NCBI GenBank assembly: GCA_963664875.1
Contig: OY761611.1
Span: 96,001 to 160,000, forward strand
DNA length: 64,000 nucleotides
Source of the DNA: Candidatus Kapaibacterium sp.
Lineage (GTDB): Bacteria; Bacteroidota; Ignavibacteria; Kapaibacteriales; UBA2268
Direction of reading: 5' to 3'
The first letter of the stretch is position 1; every line of letters starts with the position of its first letter. The notes beneath the pieces were generated by a model that was given only the letters and a program-made list of their open reading frames with translations, was not told where the DNA came from and did no database searches. A program made the position numbers and the translations under genes. Below are positions 59,231-64,000 of the stretch, piece by piece.

Positions 59231-60094
59231 ATGTTCAGATTATTTAAAATAGGAAAAGTCTCTTTTATACTAACTTTGGTATTTGTGATAGCAAATACTT
59301 TGAATGTTGCAACAAGTGGTCTGTTTGAATCATATCTTTCATCCGGATCACTTGATTTTTTTGCAGGTTCGGACTACTGGAAAGCAATTAGCTATTTACT
59401 TATTCAGCCGGACGTTGCTTCATTCTTCCTTGTCCTTTTTACATTTACTTTGATAAGTCCATTTTTAGAAAATCTACTCTCATCAAAATACTTTGCAAAA
59501 CTGACTTTTATCTTTGCTCTGTTTCAGGGCATAGCTGTTCCTCTTTTCTTTTTTCTAATAAAAGATTATTCCAGCATTATTTCCGGTGCCGATGGTCTTG
59601 CTATCTTTGTACTCACGCTTTTCACTCTACTAAACCCCGGTTACTCAGTATCTGCCGGTAAATTGAATATAAAAACGCGTTTTTTGACAGTTACTACTAT
59701 ATTGACATGGCTTGCTGTAAAAACCCCATTATTGATAATGGGCAGCTGGTCATTGCTATTACCGACCCTTGTATTTGCAGTGTTGGGCGTAGCGGCAGGT
59801 GTAGTGTCTTATTTTGTTTTAAGAGAGGAACCAAAAGACGATATGTACATCAATTTTGATGACATAGACATTATTATGCCTAAAGTAGAAGAACTTAAAC
59901 CTGCTTTGATAGCTAAAGAAATGAAGAACAACAAAGAGTCTTTAGACTATGAGCATCACGTAGAATATACAAATAATCCTCGCGAAGATGAAGAAAGTCT
60001 AAACACGATACTGGATAAAATCAATGAGTTTGGAAAGGATTCACTAACAGCAGATGAAATGAACTTCTTAAAAGAGTATTCAAGTCATTTATAA
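59231..60094 (+). CDS. Rhomboid-like membrane protein with DUF6576-type C-terminus, probably inactive
   Basis: W..ISY, six to seven TM helices, SGADG at the GxSG position, C-terminal LNTILDKINEFGKDSLTADEMNFL. Confidence 0.7.
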   Translation: MFRLFKIGKVSFILTLVFVIANTLNVATSGLFESYLSSGSLDFFAGSDYWKAISYLLIQPDVASFFLVLFTFTLISPFLENLLSSKYFAKLTFIFALFQGIAVPLFFFLIKDYSSIISGADGLAIFVLTLFTLLNPGYSVSAGKLNIKTRFLTVTTILTWLAVKTPLLIMGSWSLLLPTLVFAVLGVAAGVVSYFVLREEPKDDMYINFDDIDIIMPKVEELKPALIAKEMKNNKESLDYEHHVEYTNNPREDEESLNTILDKINEFGKDSLTADEMNFLKEYSSHL

Positions 60095-60119
60095 ATAGAA
60101 TATTTACTCCACATGGTTA

Positions 60120-60161
60120 AAGAGTCTCAGGTAAGTTTATTTTGCTATATCTGAGGCTCTT
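60120..60161 (+). terminator. Hairpin after the rhomboid-like gene
   Basis: AAGAGTCTCAG...CTGAGGCTCTT stem. Confidence 0.55.
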
Positions 60162-60168
60162 TGCTTAT

Positions 60169-60304
60169 TATTGAGTAAACAGAGCCCTGTAAGGGCGGCA
60201 AGACTTCCCTTTACAAGTGATATAAATAAGAGATTGGTGTTACTTTTTCCATTTCTTTTTCTTTTTTTTGCGATAAAAAAGAAAAAGAAACGGAAACCAA
60301 AGAA
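60169..60304 (+). repeat. Dispersed ~136-bp palindromic element, copy B
   Basis: TATTGAGTAAACAGAGCCCTGTAAGGGCGGCAAGAC...GGAAACCAAAGAA; inverted match to 28960-29089. Confidence 0.92.
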
Positions 60305-60673
60305 AAAGAAAAAAGAACGCTTTGTCTCCTCTCCTCATCTAGTGTTTAAGCGTAAGAAGCACGTCTAATTAAGGAATTACTGAAAACAAATGTCTATATT
60401 ATGGAGTGCGATGCAATATATAGGCAATACACGGACTAATTACTATGATATTAGATATATTTTTTCGACTAAATGATATTTATAAAGAATAAAATAGACA
60501 AACAGTTAGCTTCTTTTTGCAACAAACGCAAGTTTGTATTAGGGATCTGGGTTGATGTCAAGGACTTATGTCTTTACCTCGACTTAAATTCTCATCAGAA
60601 AATCAAGAAAGTTATCAGAGTTTTTATAGTTCTAATAACAAACCCGAAGTAACCAAGTCCGATTCTATATTAC

Positions 60674-61339
60674 TTATTCTATGTTGTAGGGAAGAATGAA
60701 TGTTTCGGTAAACTGATTGCCCGGCTTGGCTATAATACAAACAAAGTAATTGACATAAGGAGTGCCATCCTTTCTGAAAATTGCAGCACCACATTCTACC
60801 AATGTAGAATTCCATGCAAATGACGAATCAATGCCAAGCAGATGCTTTCTATGACCGAGCGATTCTACGCCTTTATCAATAATTAGTTGGTCAATAAATT
60901 GCTTCCCTGAATAATTTGTGGTCGAATTGGCTGCTAAGGATTCGAAGTAGTTGTTTTCGGGTTTCGTGAGCCATGCAGGACTCATGGGATATCCTGCTTT
61001 GTCCATATAATAATTTATGCCATATCCATTGTTATCAACATGAGCAAAATATCTATTGTCAGCCAAATCTTTAGCCTTATCTTCAGCAACCTTTTGTAAG
61101 ACATCATTCCATTTTAGTTGATGTCTTGGCGTAACATAAGACAAATCAACACCAATACTTGTAGAAAACGCATTCGGGTTTTCTCTTACAAGATTCAGAT
61201 ATTCAAAAGCCGCAAATGCCTCTTCTTTGTCATAGATACCGGGTAAGCCCGGCTCTATCGGATCACTGTTGTAGTCTTTGCAGGAAAACAAAATAACTGA
61301 TATAAATATCAGTAGTATTAGTCTGTAATATCTTGACAT
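60674..61339 (-). CDS. CAP/SCP domain lipoprotein
   Basis: Lipobox LFSC; NLVRE, YFAH, ESLA, GHRKHLL. Confidence 0.85.
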   Translation of the reverse strand: MSRYYRLILLIFISVILFSCKDYNSDPIEPGLPGIYDKEEAFAAFEYLNLVRENPNAFSTSIGVDLSYVTPRHQLKWNDVLQKVAEDKAKDLADNRYFAHVDNNGYGINYYMDKAGYPMSPAWLTKPENNYFESLAANSTTNYSGKQFIDQLIIDKGVESLGHRKHLLGIDSSFAWNSTLVECGAAIFRKDGTPYVNYFVCIIAKPGNQFTETFILPYNIE

Positions 61340-61340
61340 A

Positions 61341-63323
61341 TTATTGAACTATACATTTTGTATTGTAAATTGTTTGTATTTTATTTGCACTTGCTTCCGC
61401 TTCTTCTAAGGTAGGGAAACCCCAAATTTTTACTCTATACACAGGCGAATGATTTTCCAAATAGCGTTCGTAATAAGCATTGTAACCATGGAATTCCCAT
61501 TTTTCTACATTTTTGAGAGCCTCTGTTTCACTATCAGAAGTCTGAGCAATGATTTCATAAGGTAACAAATCAGGATCTAACCAACGCACTTCTACTCGTC
61601 TGTTATAATACTGCTGCCAAGGAGCCTGTTGCAAATAAAAAATAGGCTTGTTGCTTCCTTCCCAGCGAATTCTTATCTGTCCCGGGGCTACTCCCTTTTC
61701 TAAAAGCATTTTTCTAACATTTTGAGCTCTCACCCGCGAAAGATAAATATTTTGCTCTTCATTTCCTTCTATGGAAGAGTTTCCTATCAGCTCTACAGTC
61801 ATTTCTTTGTTTTCTTTGAGAGCAGTGGCAAGCAAGGCAATATTATCAATAAAATCTTTTTGTATAGTGGTATCTTGCTTGTAGAAAGCAGCTAAAGCCT
61901 GATATTTAGGATATTGAGGTTCTGATTCGTTAATTACCTTAAAAACATCTGTAAGATTGCCTTCCTCGTTTTGGAATGCTACTTCAGTTTTTACGTTATT
62001 GCAATTAGGATTTACAAAAAGATTATCAGGAAGTTGGAAAGTAAAGTAGTGCTTCTGAGCAAACGCTATTTCAGTCAGAATTTTAGGAATAGCGTCTAAA
62101 CTTTGATTGGTAAGTTGATAGTATCTACCACCGGTAGCATAACTTAAATACTTCAAACTAAATGATTCTATTGCGTTGCCTACTGAAATAATATACACAG
62201 GTATGTTGTTTTTCTTTGCCAATTCTACTGCGTCTTCAGTTTCGTAAATTATTGAAGAGTTGTCCGGAGAATAAGTAATTAAAACTACACATTTTTTATC
62301 CGCATTCGATTCTATTGCTTTTTGGAGGCTAACATAAGCCATTTTATTGAATGAATTAAATCCGTTTGAATTATCTATGTTGATATTTTCAAATGACTTA
62401 ATAGCGTTTAGTTTAGATTGATTTTCAATTTTAGAATCAATATTTTGATTGAAAGTATAAAGAGAAAATATATCTTTGTTATCAAGTAATTGCAAAAATT
62501 CGGAAATATTAGGTACAAATTCTGAGTTCTTCCAAGCTGCTGCAGAATTTTCTAAGCCGAGAGTATAGTGAAGTGTCAGTGCTTCTGAAAAATGTTCCTC
62601 TTTAGGTTTAGCAAGTAAATCTCCTGCTATACCTGTTTTGCAGTATTGCAAGATAGAAGTAGGAGTAGAATTCTGTTTGTAATAGCCGGCAAGCAAGTTC
62701 CCGAAATTATCTAATAGGATTGCCTTAATATGTATATTTTCCAATCCTTTAGAATAATCAATGCCCATTACTTTAAATCGATTTGGTTTGGTTTTCCCGT
62801 TATAGTTTAGAATACCGGAAAAGTATTCAGTTTCGTAAAACGAAGGAAGGATAGTAAAATCTTCGCTTTGTTCAGCACCGGTCGCACTCATCTGAGACGT
62901 TTCCGGTTTCAGTTTAATATTCTCTAAATCTTGATGTTCAGTGTCATCTATGTTTTTAGTGTTGTTAGCTGTTTTGATCTCCTGAGTAGTTGCAGGAGTC
63001 AGCGTACTTTTATCTCCATCTACTATAATGTCCCATCGCAACGAATGTATAGTATCATTTCTAAATGCTTTAAAATCTAATGTCTTACTGCTGTTAGTTG
63101 AATAGTATATATTATCGTTGGCTTTGTAGCTTCCGGAGATACCTGCGATAGCAACGGAATCGCATCCGTCGATATCCCATTCTATGACTGCCTTTTCGCC
63201 TTTGCTAATCTCCGAATAGCCTTTGAAGTCTTTAACTTCAAAATTGCTTACAGAGGAGCATGCGCTAACTACTAAAGCAGAAACTAAAGTAAAATATATC
63301 TTCTTTGTGTTGGAAAACAACAT
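61341..63323 (-). CDS. Lipoprotein with degenerate VWA, OmpA-like and SPOR-like domains
   Basis: Lipobox VSAC; VWA-like core (PVYIISVG, ATGGRYY); OmpA NIYLSRVRAQNV...NRRVEV; SPOR-like YRVKIWGFPTLEEAE. Confidence 0.8.
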   Translation of the reverse strand: MLFSNTKKIYFTLVSALVVSACSSVSNFEVKDFKGYSEISKGEKAVIEWDIDGCDSVAIAGISGSYKANDNIYYSTNSSKTLDFKAFRNDTIHSLRWDIIVDGDKSTLTPATTQEIKTANNTKNIDDTEHQDLENIKLKPETSQMSATGAEQSEDFTILPSFYETEYFSGILNYNGKTKPNRFKVMGIDYSKGLENIHIKAILLDNFGNLLAGYYKQNSTPTSILQYCKTGIAGDLLAKPKEEHFSEALTLHYTLGLENSAAAWKNSEFVPNISEFLQLLDNKDIFSLYTFNQNIDSKIENQSKLNAIKSFENINIDNSNGFNSFNKMAYVSLQKAIESNADKKCVVLITYSPDNSSIIYETEDAVELAKKNNIPVYIISVGNAIESFSLKYLSYATGGRYYQLTNQSLDAIPKILTEIAFAQKHYFTFQLPDNLFVNPNCNNVKTEVAFQNEEGNLTDVFKVINESEPQYPKYQALAAFYKQDTTIQKDFIDNIALLATALKENKEMTVELIGNSSIEGNEEQNIYLSRVRAQNVRKMLLEKGVAPGQIRIRWEGSNKPIFYLQQAPWQQYYNRRVEVRWLDPDLLPYEIIAQTSDSETEALKNVEKWEFHGYNAYYERYLENHSPVYRVKIWGFPTLEEAEASANKIQTIYNTKCIVQ

Positions 63324-63368
63324 AAACACTCCTGTTATGTATAGTTTCCTTAAAATAATAATAATAAC

Positions 63369-64000
63369 TTATAAATTCACATCTTTTGTGAAAATAAAAT
63401 GCCCTGTACTGTCTAAATCGACAAATATTTTGTCTCCTGAAGCAAATTCTGCTCCTAAAAGCTTGAATGCCAGTGGATCAGAAATGTATTTGAGTATAGC
63501 TCTTTTTAGAGGTCTGGCACCATAATTTATGTCATATCCAAGTTCGAGTAGTTTATCTAAAGCACCTTCGCTTAGTCTGATAGAAATAGATTTGTCAGCA
63601 AGCTTTTCTGTGAGTTTGTTTAGATGTAGCTTTGCTATCTCTTTGATTTCTTTGCTGTTTAAAGGTTTAAAAACAATAATATCGTCGATGCGGTTTATAA
63701 ACTCAGGTCTCAACTTAGTTTTGAGCAGAGTCAGAATATCTGATTTTAGCTTTTCAAACAAATAATCATCGTATTTGTTATCAAAAAGATGCAGCTTTTC
63801 CTGTATCAACTCAGTGCCCATGTTTGAAGACATTATGATAATAGTATTTTTGAAATTCACAAGCCTACCCTTGCCGTCAGTAAGCCTACCATCGTCAAGG
63901 ACTTGCAGTAAGACGTTAAAAACATCGGGATGGGCTTTTTCTATTTCATCTAAAAGAACAACTGAGTATGGTTTCCTTCTGACTGCTTCGGTTAGTTGTC
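63369..64000 (-). CDS. clpB: ClpB chaperone, C-terminal part (5' end lies outside the window)
   Basis: QLTEAVRRKPYSVVLLDEIEKAHPDVFNVLLQVLDDGRLTDGKG, RPEFINRID, GARPLKR. Confidence 0.9.
   Translation of the reverse strand, partial: QLTEAVRRKPYSVVLLDEIEKAHPDVFNVLLQVLDDGRLTDGKGRLVNFKNTIIIMSSNMGTELIQEKLHLFDNKYDDYLFEKLKSDILTLLKTKLRPEFINRIDDIIVFKPLNSKEIKEIAKLHLNKLTEKLADKSISIRLSEGALDKLLELGYDINYGARPLKRAILKYISDPLAFKLLGAEFASGDKIFVDLDSTGHFIFTKDVNL

Noticed and set aside
60473-60652. 59-codon ORF (MIFIKNKIDKQ...) downstream of repeat copy B
   Set aside because: No RBS and no recognisable motif; an ORF this size is compatible with chance.

Overview
AT-rich bacterial chromosomal segment, most likely from the FCB group. 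Ignavibacteria or Ca. Kapaibacteria-like is my inference from two T9SS-type C-terminal sorting domains, the uppS-bamA-skp-skp-lpxD operon, a bS22 gene and a HYC_CC_PP/TonB receptor pair. Most of the window is housekeeping: rng, ffs, tmk, mpg, dusB, priA, htrA, lptB, sbcCD, pruA, hslO, HU, split transketolase, tRNA nucleotidyltransferase, nuoE and clpB. Three genes absent from the ORF track were read directly: rng (partial), the SRP RNA and a 30-aa bS22. Less ordinary features: (1) a ~130-bp composite palindromic element in two inverted copies (28960-29089 and 60169-60304), one abutting the RBS of an AT-rich island of orphan, immunity-like genes and a rhuM remnant; (2) an exosortase with a catalytically dead paralogous partner and no visible substrate; (3) a receptor-less cheAWRB cluster with a double-HPt CheA wired to a soluble hybrid kinase; (4) several apparent pseudoenzymes (MEMO-AMMECR1 lipoprotein, rhomboid); (5) a frameshifted sbcC; (6) hpnC-hpnD without hpnE, next to an orphan nuoE. 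I saw no rRNA, tRNA, CRISPR array, transposase or integrase. All family assignments come from motif recognition by eye, not from database searches.
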